Of a stretch of DNA of 64,000 nucleotides, positions 30,298 to 41,577 are shown piece after piece. The position numbers and the translations under genes are program-made. Position 1 is the stretch's first letter. The number at the start of each line of letters is the position of its first letter. The notes below the pieces were generated by a model that saw only the letters and a list, made by a program, of their open reading frames with translations, was not told the DNA's origin and searched no databases. The stretch is taken from NCBI GenBank assembly GCA_944391755.1, contig CALXUT010000001.1, positions 2,959-66,958 of the forward strand, read 5' to 3'. The stretch is from an uncultured Clostridia bacterium (GTDB lineage: Bacteria > Bacillota > Clostridia > TANB77 > CAG-508).

Positions 30298-31050
30298 TTA
30301 TTTGTCAAAATTTACGATTTTACTAAATTCATCTGCCTTTAGACTAGCTCCGCCTACTAATCCACCATCTATATCTGACATTTCAAATAGTTCTTTGGCA
30401 TTTGATGATTTTACACTACCGCCGTACTGTATTATAACTCTATCTGCCTCGTTTTGTCCATAAATTTCTGATAATTTCTTACGAATTTCTATGATTGTGT
30501 CATTTGCATCTTCTTTTGTAGCTGTTTTTCCAGTTCCAATTGCCCATATTGGTTCATAGGCAATTATGATTTTTTCCAAATCTTTTGCTTCTATACCATC
30601 AAATGCTTTTTCTACTTGATTGGTTATGATTTCATTTGTGATTCCTTTTTCCCTTTGCTCTAAAGTTTCTCCCACACAAACAATTGGTTTTAATTCGTTT
30701 AAAAGAGCTGATTTAATTTTCTTGTTGACAGTTTCATCTGTCTCTGCAAAATATTGTCTTCTTTCTGAATGTCCAATAATAACATATTCTACGCCTATGG
30801 CTTTTAACATTGGACCAGAAACTTCACCTGTATATGCTCCTTTTTCTTCCCAATGCATATTTTGTGCCCCTACTTTAATGTTTGTTCCTTGAACATGTAA
30901 TAGTGCATAAAATAAATCTGTATAGGGAACGCATAAGATAACTTCATTCTTTGTATCTTTAACAAGTGGTGCTAATTCTCCTATAAAATTCATTGCTTCA
31001 TTTGGAAGCATATTCATTTTCCAATTTCCAGCGATTACTTTTCTTCTCAT
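30298..31050 (-). CDS. tpiA: Triosephosphate isomerase
   Basis: [16 protein letters not shown] and [11 protein letters not shown] motifs. The start is at MRRKV, after AAGGAGG. Confidence 0.96.
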   Translation of the reverse strand: MRRKVIAGNWKMNMLPNEAMNFIGELAPLVKDTKNEVILCVPYTDLFYALLHVQGTNIKVGAQNMHWEEKGAYTGEVSGPMLKAIGVEYVIIGHSERRQYFAETDETVNKKIKSALLNELKPIVCVGETLEQREKGITNEIITNQVEKAFDGIEAKDLEKIIIAYEPIWAIGTGKTATKEDANDTIIEIRKKLSEIYGQNEADRVIIQYGGSVKSSNAKELFEMSDIDGGLVGGASLKADEFSKIVNFDK

Positions 31051-31099
31051 TATAAGCTCCTCCTTAACATTTCTTTCCACCATGATGAAATGGTCTATT

Positions 31100-32284
31100 T
31101 TATTTATCCATTAAAGCTTCAATTCCTGGCAATTTCTTTCCTTCTAAGAATTCTAATGAAGCACCTCCACCTGTTGATATATGTGTCATTTTATCAGCTA
31201 GTCCTGCCTTTTCAACTGCAGCTGCTGAATCTCCACCACCAATGATTGTAGTTGCATCTATTTCAGCTAATGCATGTGCAATAGCATTTGTTCCAACGGC
31301 AAATTGGTCAAATTCAAATAATCCTAAAGGACCATTCCATACAACAGTTTTTGCTGATTTTAATTCTTCTTTGAACATTTCTATTGTTTTTTCTCCTATA
31401 TCAAATCCTTCCCATCCATCAGGAATTTCTGTCCAAGCGACTGTTTTACTTTCTGTATCTGGTTTAAATTCTTTTCCTACTTTTGTATCCACTGGTAATA
31501 GTAATTTTACACCTTTGCTTTTTGCTTTTTCCATTAAGTTTAATGCTAAATCACATTTATCAGGTTCACATAGTGAATTTCCAACTCCATATCCTTGTGC
31601 TTTGAAAAATGTATAGGCCATTCCTCCACCTATCATTAATACATCTACTTTATCTAATAGGCTATCTATAACGCCTATTTTATCAGATACTTTTGCGCCT
31701 CCTAATATAGCAACAAATGGTCTTACTGGATTGTTTAATGCATCTCCTAAGAATTTTAATTCTTTTTCAATTAAAAATCCTGATACTGATGGTAAATAAT
31801 GTGTTATTCCTTCTGTTGAAGCATGTGCTCTATGTGCTGTTCCAAAAGCATCATTTACAAATACATCTGCAAAACTTGCTAATTGTTTTGCAAATTCTGG
31901 ATCATTATCTGTTTCTTCTCTATGGAATCTTACATTTTCAAGAAGCATTACTTGACCTTCTTGTAAAGAAGCGGCAATTGACTTTGCACTTTCTCCTACT
32001 ACATCTCTTGCCATAAAAACTTCTTGGCCTAATAGTCTTGATAATTCTTTTGCAACAGGTGCTAAAGAAAATTCTGGTTTTACTTCTCCTTTTGGTCTTC
32101 CTAAATGAGAACATAATATAATTTTACATCCTTGTTCTATTAAATATTGTATTGTTGGTAATGCTCCTACAATTCTTCTATTATCTGTAATATGTTGATT
32201 TTCATCAAGTGGAACATTAAAATCACATCTTACAAATACTTTCTTTCCTGATAAATCTATGTCTCTTATTGTTTTTTTATTCAT
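31100..32284 (-). CDS. pgk: Phosphoglycerate kinase
   Basis: [17 protein letters not shown] and [14 protein letters not shown] motifs. The start is chosen at MNKKTIRD. Confidence 0.96.
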   Translation of the reverse strand: MNKKTIRDIDLSGKKVFVRCDFNVPLDENQHITDNRRIVGALPTIQYLIEQGCKIILCSHLGRPKGEVKPEFSLAPVAKELSRLLGQEVFMARDVVGESAKSIAASLQEGQVMLLENVRFHREETDNDPEFAKQLASFADVFVNDAFGTAHRAHASTEGITHYLPSVSGFLIEKELKFLGDALNNPVRPFVAILGGAKVSDKIGVIDSLLDKVDVLMIGGGMAYTFFKAQGYGVGNSLCEPDKCDLALNLMEKAKSKGVKLLLPVDTKVGKEFKPDTESKTVAWTEIPDGWEGFDIGEKTIEMFKEELKSAKTVVWNGPLGLFEFDQFAVGTNAIAHALAEIDATTIIGGGDSAAAVEKAGLADKMTHISTGGGASLEFLEGKKLPGIEALMDK

Positions 32285-32366
32285 AATTTTATTCATCCTT
32301 TCTAATTCACTACAAAAAAGGCTAGTGAAGCTTAGCACTTCAAACTCCCCTAACCTTTATCTTTTA

Positions 32367-33428
<1,062 letters not shown>

Positions 33429-33464
33429 CTATTATTTACCTTATTAGGCATTTTTATTCTATAA

Positions 33465-33496
33465 CAAAAAATACTACTTTTCAAGTAGTATTTTTA
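33465..33496. terminator. Bidirectional-looking hairpin terminator
   Basis: AAAAATACTACTT-TTCA-AGTAGTATTTTT. Confidence 0.65.
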
Positions 33497-33521
33497 AATT
33501 TTTTGTTTTATTTTCTAAAAA

Positions 33522-33956
33522 CTATAAGTATTTTTTTAAAGTTTCCACACTATCTTCTTGCATAACAACAAAATCATTTAATATTTGTTTTACTTCCTTA
33601 TCCACACTAGGATTATTATTTAATAATCTTCTCCCTTCTATAATTCCCATGTTTGTACCTTGTAATAATAGTTCTGATATTTTGGAATTACTCTGATCTT
33701 TGAATGTATTCATTTGTATTCCATACCATGTCATCATTTTATTCATTGCATTTGTTGTTTGAGGTTCTTTACTACTATATTGTGAATAGATATCATTTAC
33801 TCTTGTATTAATTTCTTTATATTTTCCATATTCTACATCAAGAACTTCTTGAAATCTCTTATCTCCAACTTTATCTGCTACATAGGATATGGCATCCATT
33901 CCCATGGTTGTTCCTTTGTTAACTTCATCTAAAACTTTTACATTATAATCTTCCAT
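33522..33956 (-). CDS. Hypothetical helical protein
   Basis: The ORF is trimmed to MEDYNV, downstream of GAGGAGG. I recognise no diagnostic motif. Confidence 0.6.
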   Translation of the reverse strand: MEDYNVKVLDEVNKGTTMGMDAISYVADKVGDKRFQEVLDVEYGKYKEINTRVNDIYSQYSSKEPQTTNAMNKMMTWYGIQMNTFKDQSNSKISELLLQGTNMGIIEGRRLLNNNPSVDKEVKQILNDFVVMQEDSVETLKKYL

Positions 33957-34004
33957 GCGCATTCCTCCTCTTTTGTCATTTTTTCCAATTTCGGAATATT
34001 TATT

Positions 34005-34044
34005 CAAAAAACAGGTGATACCATAAAATATCACCTGTTTTTTG
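34005..34044. terminator. Hairpin terminator after the 83-aa ORF
   Basis: AAAAAACAGGTGATA-loop-TATCACCTGTTTTTT. Confidence 0.75.
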
Positions 34045-34050
34045 TTCATG

Positions 34051-34302
34051 TTATAATTTTTCGAGTTCTTTTTTAAGCCTGAAAATTTCGTCATCAACCC
34101 ATTGCAAAATAGGCTTCTGTAATTCCAGCGGTAACTGAATACTGACAGTTTTTGATTGCTTTAAATTACTGTTATGTCCGGTCCAAAATTGAGCATAAAG
34201 CCTTCTGTCATAATTCGTCCAAACATCTTTAGCTTCCTCCATGACGCTTAGTTGTTCCAACAATTTCCGCACTTTTTCAAGATTTTTTGCGCTCGTGTCC
34301 AT
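34051..34302 (-). CDS. Hypothetical 83-aa protein
   Basis: The start is at MDTSAKN, 7 nt after GGAGGA, with a promoter-like TTTACA-17-TGATAAAAT upstream. The ORF is somewhat GC-enriched. Confidence 0.55.
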   Translation of the reverse strand: MDTSAKNLEKVRKLLEQLSVMEEAKDVWTNYDRRLYAQFWTGHNSNLKQSKTVSIQLPLELQKPILQWVDDEIFRLKKELEKL

Positions 34303-34483
34303 GAAAATTCCTCCAATAAAATTATTTGATGAGTTTCTTGCTGATGTACTTTTAGGAGTTCCTAATTCAAATATAGAGTATTTTATCACGGTTTTAAGTT
34401 TTTGTAAATAAACGTGTGTTATTTTTTGATTTTTATATTGAAAATAAAAATTTTATTGAAATTTGATTAAAATTAAATGAATC

Positions 34484-34537
34484 TTAAATAGTTTTTAGTT
34501 CTTCTTCAAATGAGGGCGTTATTTTAATTATATATTT
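34484..34537 (-). pseudogene. 5' stub of a RelE/ParE-type toxin gene
   Basis: Immediately after the antitoxin stop, the frame reads KYIIKITPSFEEELKTI then TAA. This resembles the N-terminus of RelE/ParE toxins. There is no start codon and no continuation in any frame. Confidence 0.35.
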
Positions 34538-34541
34538 GCTA

Positions 34542-34889
34542 TTATAAATCATACTTCGCCTCCATTTCTGCTACGATATTTTCCATAGGAATGCCTTTTC
34601 CATCTTCAATTTCTTTAATGGATTCGTTTAATTGCCTAAAGAAATCTTTCTTAAACCCTTCAAATGTAGCATATTGTTTATCAAATTTTTCAGATATTAG
34701 TCTATCAATTCTTTCTTCCTCTGTTTCTCTATTTTCTCCTATAATTGTTTCATAAACTTCATCACTAAGAACTACTAAATCGTTTGTTCCATTTTTCGTG
34801 ATATATACCGGTTCTCTTGTTTCATGACAAATCCTTGAAATTTCATTATAGTTATTTCTTAAGTCTGCACATGGTCTAATTGTTGCCAT
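34542..34889 (-). CDS. Phd/YefM-family type II antitoxin
   Basis: MATIRPCADLRNNYNEISRICHETREPVYITKNGTNDLVVLS is a typical Phd/YefM N-domain. The start lies after AAAGGAGG. Confidence 0.8.
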   Translation of the reverse strand: MATIRPCADLRNNYNEISRICHETREPVYITKNGTNDLVVLSDEVYETIIGENRETEEERIDRLISEKFDKQYATFEGFKKDFFRQLNESIKEIEDGKGIPMENIVAEMEAKYDL

Positions 34890-35039
34890 TATATTACCTC
34901 CTTTAATTATTATATGCAAATTATATCAGAATTATGATATTGTTGCAAGTATTTTTAAAAATAAAATATATTTTTAAGGTCATGCACTTTTACTTTTTTC
35001 GTAGCATATATTTTGTTATGAGAAAACGGAGGTGCTTAT

Positions 35040-35741
35040 ATGTTTTCTTCACTTTTTATAAGTGGTTTTTTACAATTTTTACAAACTGCTGTATTTGCTG
35101 TTGGATATATTTCAGGAACTTCACTTTTTCCTGAACCATTAAGTGCAGAAGAAGAACAAAAATGTATACAAAAATTAAAAGAGGGTGATGAAGAAGCCCG
35201 TAATATACTTATAGAAAAAAATTTAAGATTAGTGGCACATGTTTGTAAAAAGTATAGTAATTCTAATGTAGATCAAGATGATTTAATCTCTATTGGTACA
35301 ATTGGATTGATTAAAGGAATCAATAGTTTTAATGCAGATAAAGGTGCTAGACTTTCTACATATGTTTCTCGTTGCATCGATAATGAGATTTTAATGTATT
35401 TTAGAGCAACAAAAAAATTAGGCGCAGAAGTGTATTTGAACGAACCTATTGGAAAAGATAAAGATGATAATGTTATCACTTTACAAGAGGTTTTAGAAAA
35501 TGATGATAAAAGTGTTGAGGACTCCGTTGATTTAAAAATGAAGGTTAAAGTACTATATGAAAAAATGAAAACAATTCTAAAAGATAGAGAACGCTCTATA
35601 TTGGAACTTCGCTTTGGTCTTGATGGACATAAGCCGAAAACTCAAATTGAAATTGCAGAACAGATGGGAATTTCTCGTTCTTATGTTTCGCGTATTGAAA
35701 CAAAGGCTATCCATAAATTATCAAAGGAAATTAAGGAATAA
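35040..35741 (+). CDS. sigK: Sporulation sigma factor, pro-sigma-K type
   Basis: A hydrophobic pro-sequence is followed by FPEPLS, NLRLVAHVCKKY, DLISIGTIGLIKGINSF and a region 4 HTH. The LVAH..KK and GLIKGI motifs favour SigK over SigE. The gene is uninterrupted. Confidence 0.85.
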   Translation: MFSSLFISGFLQFLQTAVFAVGYISGTSLFPEPLSAEEEQKCIQKLKEGDEEARNILIEKNLRLVAHVCKKYSNSNVDQDDLISIGTIGLIKGINSFNADKGARLSTYVSRCIDNEILMYFRATKKLGAEVYLNEPIGKDKDDNVITLQEVLENDDKSVEDSVDLKMKVKVLYEKMKTILKDRERSILELRFGLDGHKPKTQIEIAEQMGISRSYVSRIETKAIHKLSKEIKE

Positions 35742-35745
35742 TATA

Positions 35746-35790
35746 AAAGCAAGAGAACACATTATTATATAATTCTCTTGCTTCTTTACT
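35746..35790. terminator. Bidirectional terminator between convergent genes
   Basis: GCAAGAGAA-loop-TTCTCTTGC followed by a T-rich tract. Confidence 0.7.
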
Positions 35791-35799
35791 TTTTCCTTA

Positions 35800-37485
35800 T
35801 TAATTATTTTTCTCTTCTAACAAATACACTTTTTTCTTGTTTCTTATACTACAAAAAACAATCACAATCATTAAGATAATAAAAGTTCCTAAACTCAAAA
35901 AGTTTGCAATTTTCATAACAATTGTCTTCTCATAAGTTAAAGTATATGTTCCACTTTCGCTAATGGTTGCTTGTAAAAAGCCATTTTCACTTTCTACTAA
36001 TTCAACATCTTGTCCATTTACCTCTAAAGTATATCCCATATAATATAACCTTGGTAACTCTATTGTTATAGTTTCATTGGTTTCAACTTCAAAAATCAAA
36101 TCTGGGACATCATTTAAAGTAATGGTAATATCTGCTGTACCTGATTCAATAATAATATCATTTGTTCTATTTTCATAATAATCTCTATGATTTAAAGTAT
36201 TCTCTGGCAGATATTCTGCTTGATTTCCTACACCTCTTATATAATTAATATTATTTAAATCTACAACTGTTTCATCTAAATGTCCTGTATAATAATATGC
36301 TCCAAATATCGTTAATGCAATTAATACAAAACATATTTTGTTAAAATGCTTTTTATTTTCAAATTTCTTTAATATGATTCCAGTAATCACAATAGCACCA
36401 AAAGCAATATACAGTGCTAAGCGCCAAGGAAATTGTAATGTTTGCAATAAATCTGGTGTATAATACCATGGGAATAGTGATGTTATCATTATCATTGCTA
36501 ATATCGTAAAGGCTAAGAAAAATCTCCATACTTTTTCTTTCCATAGTTTGTTTTTAAATAGAAAAAATATACTTGCCAAAAATAGAATGATAACCATCAT
36601 TTGCAAATGGAATCTTACATTATTATAACCATATGGTTTTATCTTAAATATTTCTAAAATACTGATTGCACTAAATCGTAAATCTCCTTTTCCAGTCATG
36701 AAATATGGCATAAATACACCATAACTTCCTAATAATTTAATTTCTAACATCGGCATCCAAAAAGAAGCGGTTAATAATAAAATACATACAGATGCTAAAC
36801 TTAAGTATAATATATGTTTCTTAGTAAAGATTTCTTTAAAATACACAATAAAAAATGTTACCAATAGCATTAATGTAAAATACACTGTCATTGCTATATG
36901 GGAATAAATGGCTAATGTATATCCTCCGACAAATAGAAGAAAAAACTTCTTATAATCTTTTTCTACTAAATACAAAAGCCCCAATATAATGAGTGGTATG
37001 GCAATTGGTATAAACATTTCTGAAAAAGCATCTCTAATAAATATTTCTGATAAGTGATATGGTGCTGTCATATAAAATAAGGCTAATATTGTTGCAATCT
37101 TTTTGTTTTTAAAGATTTTTTGTGCCAAAAAGAAAAGGGTTATGCCTGATGCAAAAAATGTTATCCATTGTGTGATTCGCATTCCTAAAGTGATACTATT
37201 TATATGAAAAATGGATAAAAATTTTACAATATATGCAGCTAGCAAATGTGGAATTGGCGGATAAAAGAATCTCGTTCCATATCCGAAATCATTTGCCATA
37301 TATTTTAATGGTTCTTGTACTGTTACATTATCCCATGACAATTGGTCAACAATGGCACTGATATTGGAAACATGAAAATCTGTGTCATGTCCTTTAATAT
37401 AGCCATTATGTGCATCAAATAACATTATAAGAATACTAACCATAAATATAATAAGAATACATATTTTCTTACTTTTCATAAACAT
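35800..37485 (-). CDS. Large polytopic membrane protein (GT-C-like glycosyltransferase fold suspected)
   Basis: 561-aa ORF with more than 10 hydrophobic helices plus a C-terminal soluble domain and a terminal TM helix. Confidence 0.65.
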   Translation of the reverse strand: MFMKSKKICILIIFMVSILIMLFDAHNGYIKGHDTDFHVSNISAIVDQLSWDNVTVQEPLKYMANDFGYGTRFFYPPIPHLLAAYIVKFLSIFHINSITLGMRITQWITFFASGITLFFLAQKIFKNKKIATILALFYMTAPYHLSEIFIRDAFSEMFIPIAIPLIILGLLYLVEKDYKKFFLLFVGGYTLAIYSHIAMTVYFTLMLLVTFFIVYFKEIFTKKHILYLSLASVCILLLTASFWMPMLEIKLLGSYGVFMPYFMTGKGDLRFSAISILEIFKIKPYGYNNVRFHLQMMVIILFLASIFFLFKNKLWKEKVWRFFLAFTILAMIMITSLFPWYYTPDLLQTLQFPWRLALYIAFGAIVITGIILKKFENKKHFNKICFVLIALTIFGAYYYTGHLDETVVDLNNINYIRGVGNQAEYLPENTLNHRDYYENRTNDIIIESGTADITITLNDVPDLIFEVETNETITIELPRLYYMGYTLEVNGQDVELVESENGFLQATISESGTYTLTYEKTIVMKIANFLSLGTFIILMIVIVFCSIRNKKKVYLLEEKNN

Positions 37486-37491
37486 CCTCTT

Positions 37492-37821
37492 TTACCCCAA
37501 TTTATCTCCATTAGAAACTTTCTTATCTGGTGTGATTAAAACCACTCTACCTTCACTATAGGTTCCTAATACTAAAACTTCTGACATGAAATCCGCTACT
37601 TGTTTTACTGGGAAATTGATAACTGCTAAAATTTGTTTTCCTATTAATTCTTCTGGTTTATATTGTTCTGTAATTTGTGCTGATGACTTTTTGATTCCTA
37701 TTTCTTCTCCAAAATCAATTTGTAATTGATAAGCTGGCTTTCTTGCTTTTTCAAAGCTTTTTGCATGGACAATGGTTCCTACTCTTATATCTAATTTCAT
37801 AAAATCTTCAAATGTTGCCAT
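37492..37821 (-). CDS. tRNA-binding domain protein (CsaA-like)
   Basis: FMKLDIRVGTIVHAKSFEKARKPAYQLQIDFGEEIG is typical of CsaA / tRNA-binding OB-fold proteins. The start is at MATFEDF, after AAAGGAG. Confidence 0.8.
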   Translation of the reverse strand: MATFEDFMKLDIRVGTIVHAKSFEKARKPAYQLQIDFGEEIGIKKSSAQITEQYKPEELIGKQILAVINFPVKQVADFMSEVLVLGTYSEGRVVLITPDKKVSNGDKLG

Positions 37822-37841
37822 ATTCAATTCTCCTTTACTGA

Positions 37842-37878
37842 ACATAAAGAACAAAGCGACCTTGGTCGCTCTTTGTTC
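37842..37878 (-). promoter_or_regulatory. Terminator-like hairpin in the 5' leader of the csaA-like gene (possible attenuator)
   Basis: Minus strand reads GAACAAAGAGCGA-loop-TCGCTTTGTTC followed by TTTATGTT, ~15 nt before the Shine-Dalgarno. Confidence 0.4.
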
Positions 37879-38009
37879 GTGCCGATTTGAGTTTCCGAAT
37901 AAAATGAGGAAATCTCAAAGGCAATAGCGATTGTAGCTTTTTATTTAATAGGAAAAATTGATTTTTCCTATTAAATAAAAAATATGATATAGATATATCA
38001 TATTTTTTG

Positions 38010-39287
38010 CTATTTTTCAATATTTTTATTTTTCTTGTAAACAAAATATATAATTCCTGTTATAATAATGATGCCAATCACACCTAAAACAATATAAATG
38101 ATTTTATTGTTATCGGTATTTTCATTGTTCTCTGCATTTGTTTCTTCTTCATTTGTATCTGAATGCATTTCTATGTCATATGCTTCTTCTAATTTGTCTA
38201 ATCGTCCTTTTTGTTCCTCCAAATATTTTTGTTCTTCTTCTTGATTTCTTTTATATGCACTTATATTGTATTCTCTTGTTGTAATTCCATTTGGAGCAGT
38301 AACAATCACACTTATTAGATTATTTCCTTCTTGTAAATTTTCATTTCCTATAATTTGTACGATTCCCTGTTCATTTTCTGGTACTGCTAAAATATTTAAA
38401 TTGGTTGTATCATTCGAAATTTCTATTTGATAATTCGTTATATTGGTATAAAAAGGCGGATTTAATAAGACATTTTCTATTGCTAATGTTTCTAAATTTG
38501 TATTGGCAAGTTCTGCATTTTCAGTTTTGGTTACTGAAATTTTATACGTACTCTCACTTGTTCTATCTTCTGATATTACTTTGATGATAATGTCATTTAG
38601 TCCTTGTTTTAAATTATGATTTCCTGATATTTCTACTATTGCATTTGGATTTTCGCTAACTGCTAAAACTTCTATATCATTGATTTCGTTTCCAATTGTT
38701 AAATCATATTCATAAATATCTTTGCTAAATGTTGGTACGATTCCTTCTACATCTATTCTTAGTGCATTTAAATTTGAATTAGTTGTCGTAGTATCTGTCC
38801 CTTGCTCTTCTTTTGCTTCTTTTTGCAATTTTGTTTCTTCTTTTCCAATTTGTACTTGAATTTCTTCAAAATTTATATCAATTTGTTGTCCTGTTTCTGT
38901 ATAATATTCTCCACTCGTCGTAAATGTTGCAATTCCATTTTGTAGCGCTTTAAATTTAAATTTTGCAAGTTCTCCTTGTTTGGCATTACTTCCTCCTGTT
39001 TCATCATACCAAACAAATATAACTCTATTATCAATGGCGTTAGTATTATCTGGTCCAGAGATATACTCTAATTTAGTATTATCAAAGTGAAGATAAGAAG
39101 TAAAAACTGCTGTATTTATATCTTTTATATTTAATGTGATTTCGATTTCTTCATCAATTTCTATTGCTTGTTTATCACTACTTAAATAAACAGTACCTGT
39201 GGTTGTAGCAATACATATATTTTTTGTTAAAAAAATTATTGCTAGTAATATACAAAAAATATAAACTATTTTCTTTAGGTAAATCAT
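38010..39287 (-). CDS. Cohesin-domain protein with two cadherin-like beta-sandwich repeats and a C-terminal TM anchor
   Basis: The cohesin-like pattern is EIEITLNIKD...FTSYLHFDNTKLEYIS...VIFVWYDETGGSN...LAKFKFKAL. Two repeats of LxxLxIE...Y..I(S/G)N...L.ILAV.EN...V.I.GN.NL..G.N are present. There is a C-terminal hydrophobic helix. Confidence 0.75.
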   Translation of the reverse strand: MIYLKKIVYIFCILLAIIFLTKNICIATTTGTVYLSSDKQAIEIDEEIEITLNIKDINTAVFTSYLHFDNTKLEYISGPDNTNAIDNRVIFVWYDETGGSNAKQGELAKFKFKALQNGIATFTTSGEYYTETGQQIDINFEEIQVQIGKEETKLQKEAKEEQGTDTTTTNSNLNALRIDVEGIVPTFSKDIYEYDLTIGNEINDIEVLAVSENPNAIVEISGNHNLKQGLNDIIIKVISEDRTSESTYKISVTKTENAELANTNLETLAIENVLLNPPFYTNITNYQIEISNDTTNLNILAVPENEQGIVQIIGNENLQEGNNLISVIVTAPNGITTREYNISAYKRNQEEEQKYLEEQKGRLDKLEEAYDIEMHSDTNEEETNAENNENTDNNKIIYIVLGVIGIIIITGIIYFVYKKNKNIEK

Positions 39288-39307
39288 TTTGTTTACTCCT
39301 TTCTTTT

Positions 39308-41572
39308 TTATTGTTTGATAATTTGTAATCCTAGGATATGTCTTTGAATTAATAATAAATCTACAGATGTTGGTTTCTTACCATTTTTATTAATATTTGT
39401 TGCTTTTCTGTAAATTTCTTCTAATGGTTCTATTTCTAATATATGCCTTTGTAAGACTAATAAGTCCGCACTCGTTATTCTTCCATCTCCATTTGCATCA
39501 CCATATAAAATAATTTTATATTCTCTCAATATTTTTCCATCTTCTTTTAAGATAATTCTACTTCCTGTTCCAACTAATTCTGTTTCTGACAATACTTTAT
39601 CTTTATTGTTTCTAATTTCGATTTCTAAATTGGTAGTAATTAAATTTTTAATATCTGCTACTGTATTTTTTGTATAATCAAGTCCAGTTATTTCAAGACT
39701 ATTAATTTGCAAAGAACTGTCAAAATGAATTTCGGAATCTTCCATTTTTCTAACTACAATTACTTTACACTCTTGTTTGATTTCTGGATTTTCTTCAGAA
39801 GCGGCTGTAATAATTGCATCTCCCTCTTTATATGCAGTTATATTTCCATGCTCATCAATTTGAGAAACTTTTGCATTATTACTGCTAAATAGAATATTTG
39901 GGTTATTAGCATCATCTGGTTCAATAGTTCCATTAATTTTAAAAGTATCATCAATTTGCATATACATTTCTGTTTGATCTATTGTTATTCCTGTTACTTT
40001 ACTATATACATGAACCTCTATTTGATTTTGTACAGAATTTTCTTCTGCTTTTACTGTAATAGTTGTTGTTCCGGAACGAATTGCTTGAATGTTTCCTTTA
40101 TCATCTACAGTTGCTACTTCTGGATTACTTGAAGTATAAATAATTTTATGGTCACTTGCTTCTTCTGGAGAAATCGTAATTTGCAGTTGTTTCATTTCTC
40201 CTTTTTGTAAAGTAGAATTATCTATATGAATATCTATTTTTTCAATTTCTACTGCAGGCACTTCTGTTACATAAGTTTGATAAATATAACCCACAATTCT
40301 ATTCTCTAATACAACTCTATCCCATCTTTCTCCAGATTGTGCACCTCTTGCAATTCTCGTCATTTTATCTTGATTGGTAACCATTGTAATGACTTCATAA
40401 GAAGTTCCTGGACCTGACCTAATATTTACATTTGTCGCATTACAATACACTTTAGTATTATCTTCTACATAATCACTTGTATTAATGCTAGGACTTTGTA
40501 CTGGAATTTCTGGCATATTATTATAAATCGGTATGATGAAACTCATAGAAGTATCTAAAATTCCTGTTTTTTGATATCCATTATAAATAGATTTTGACTC
40601 ACTATAGGGTGCTAAAACATTTGTCATATATTGATGCCAAAATAAACTTCCACTATTACCACCACTCACATGAAATTTTTGTAGATAGATGGTATTTTGT
40701 CCAACATTAATATAACTTGAACCAATAAATATACCTCCACCTGTTATTGATTTTTCCTTTGTATTCCATGGAATTAAATATTTATTTTTTGTTTCTGTAC
40801 TTGCTCCTTTTCCATCTTTGGCATATTGTAATCCATTCTTGATTGCTCCCATAGGTTCTGCAGAACTTGTTGCACCTATATTATAAAAATTATACAATCC
40901 TTTATAACCATCCACATCTCCACTAATGGATTTATGGGATAAAAAAGGTCCTACTTCTTGTTTTATACGAGATGCTAAATGATATGGGCTTACATAGGAA
41001 GTTTGTCCTGCTTTTAATATTAAATCAGAATATTTTGCAGAAGTTGAAATCGTACTTCCATTACTATCTAAATAGGATACCAGTGTATTGTAAAATTCTG
41101 TACCATATAATATTTTTTCTATTCCCTCCAGATTATTAGTGCTAGCATCATAGGATAATTCCTCAAATTGAAATAATCTTACTTCATTCAAAAAATTTCT
41201 GGAATCCATACAATATTCTACAGCTTGTCTAGAACTATCTACCCAACCTGCATCTACTTCAACATTATATTGTCCAGGTGTTGTGTTTTTCCAACTATCG
41301 GAATAATTAATTGGCACTAAATTCTTTCCAAATATATTCTCTTGGTCTATGACATAATTCCAATCTAAATTGGTGTATAAAGGTGTAAATTTCCAGTTTG
41401 GATGCTTTTTCAATATTTCTTCTATATATGGTCTGTAACTACTTGGAAAATCTTCTAAGTTCGTAGTTTCAGTAAATGCATTTACTCTAAAATATAAATA
41501 CAAAATTAAAGTTATTAAAATAAATAAGATAACTATAAATAGATAACTTTTTTTATTTTTCAGTAATTTCAC
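39308..41572 (-). CDS. Dockerin-bearing GH73-like peptidoglycan hydrolase with SH3b and two Big_2-like domains
   Basis: The glucosaminidase-like region has YNFYNIGATSS...GGGIFIGSSYINVGQNTIYLQKFHV. SH3b-like: NVNIRSGPGTSYEV. Big_2-like: ATVDDKGNIQAIRSGTTTITV. The C-terminal dockerin repeats are GDANGDGRITSADLLVLQRHIL and NINKNGKKPTSVDLLLIQRHILG. Confidence 0.8.
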   Translation of the reverse strand: MKLLKNKKSYLFIVILFILITLILYLYFRVNAFTETTNLEDFPSSYRPYIEEILKKHPNWKFTPLYTNLDWNYVIDQENIFGKNLVPINYSDSWKNTTPGQYNVEVDAGWVDSSRQAVEYCMDSRNFLNEVRLFQFEELSYDASTNNLEGIEKILYGTEFYNTLVSYLDSNGSTISTSAKYSDLILKAGQTSYVSPYHLASRIKQEVGPFLSHKSISGDVDGYKGLYNFYNIGATSSAEPMGAIKNGLQYAKDGKGASTETKNKYLIPWNTKEKSITGGGIFIGSSYINVGQNTIYLQKFHVSGGNSGSLFWHQYMTNVLAPYSESKSIYNGYQKTGILDTSMSFIIPIYNNMPEIPVQSPSINTSDYVEDNTKVYCNATNVNIRSGPGTSYEVITMVTNQDKMTRIARGAQSGERWDRVVLENRIVGYIYQTYVTEVPAVEIEKIDIHIDNSTLQKGEMKQLQITISPEEASDHKIIYTSSNPEVATVDDKGNIQAIRSGTTTITVKAEENSVQNQIEVHVYSKVTGITIDQTEMYMQIDDTFKINGTIEPDDANNPNILFSSNNAKVSQIDEHGNITAYKEGDAIITAASEENPEIKQECKVIVVRKMEDSEIHFDSSLQINSLEITGLDYTKNTVADIKNLITTNLEIEIRNNKDKVLSETELVGTGSRIILKEDGKILREYKIILYGDANGDGRITSADLLVLQRHILEIEPLEEIYRKATNINKNGKKPTSVDLLLIQRHILGLQIIKQ

Positions 41573-41577
41573 TTTTA

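Noticed and set aside
35040-35741. A possible skin-like intervening element, or a split sigK as found in some spore formers.
   Set aside because: The sigma-factor ORF is continuous from the pro-sequence through region 4, and no recombinase or insertion is present.
37943-38008. Two adjacent perfect palindromes (16-bp arms at 37943-37976, 15-bp arms at 37977-38008), considered as a possible recombination site or mobile-element end.
   Set aside because: The second is an A-run/T-run flanked bidirectional terminator abutting the stop codon of the cohesin gene. The first is pure AT hairpin sequence with no copies elsewhere in the window. A tandem terminator is the simpler explanation.
37835-38044. 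A 69-aa minus-strand ORF spanning the csaA-like leader.
   Set aside because: It runs through two perfect palindromic hairpins and a terminator, has no Shine-Dalgarno, and has a low-complexity basic sequence. It is an intergenic artefact.
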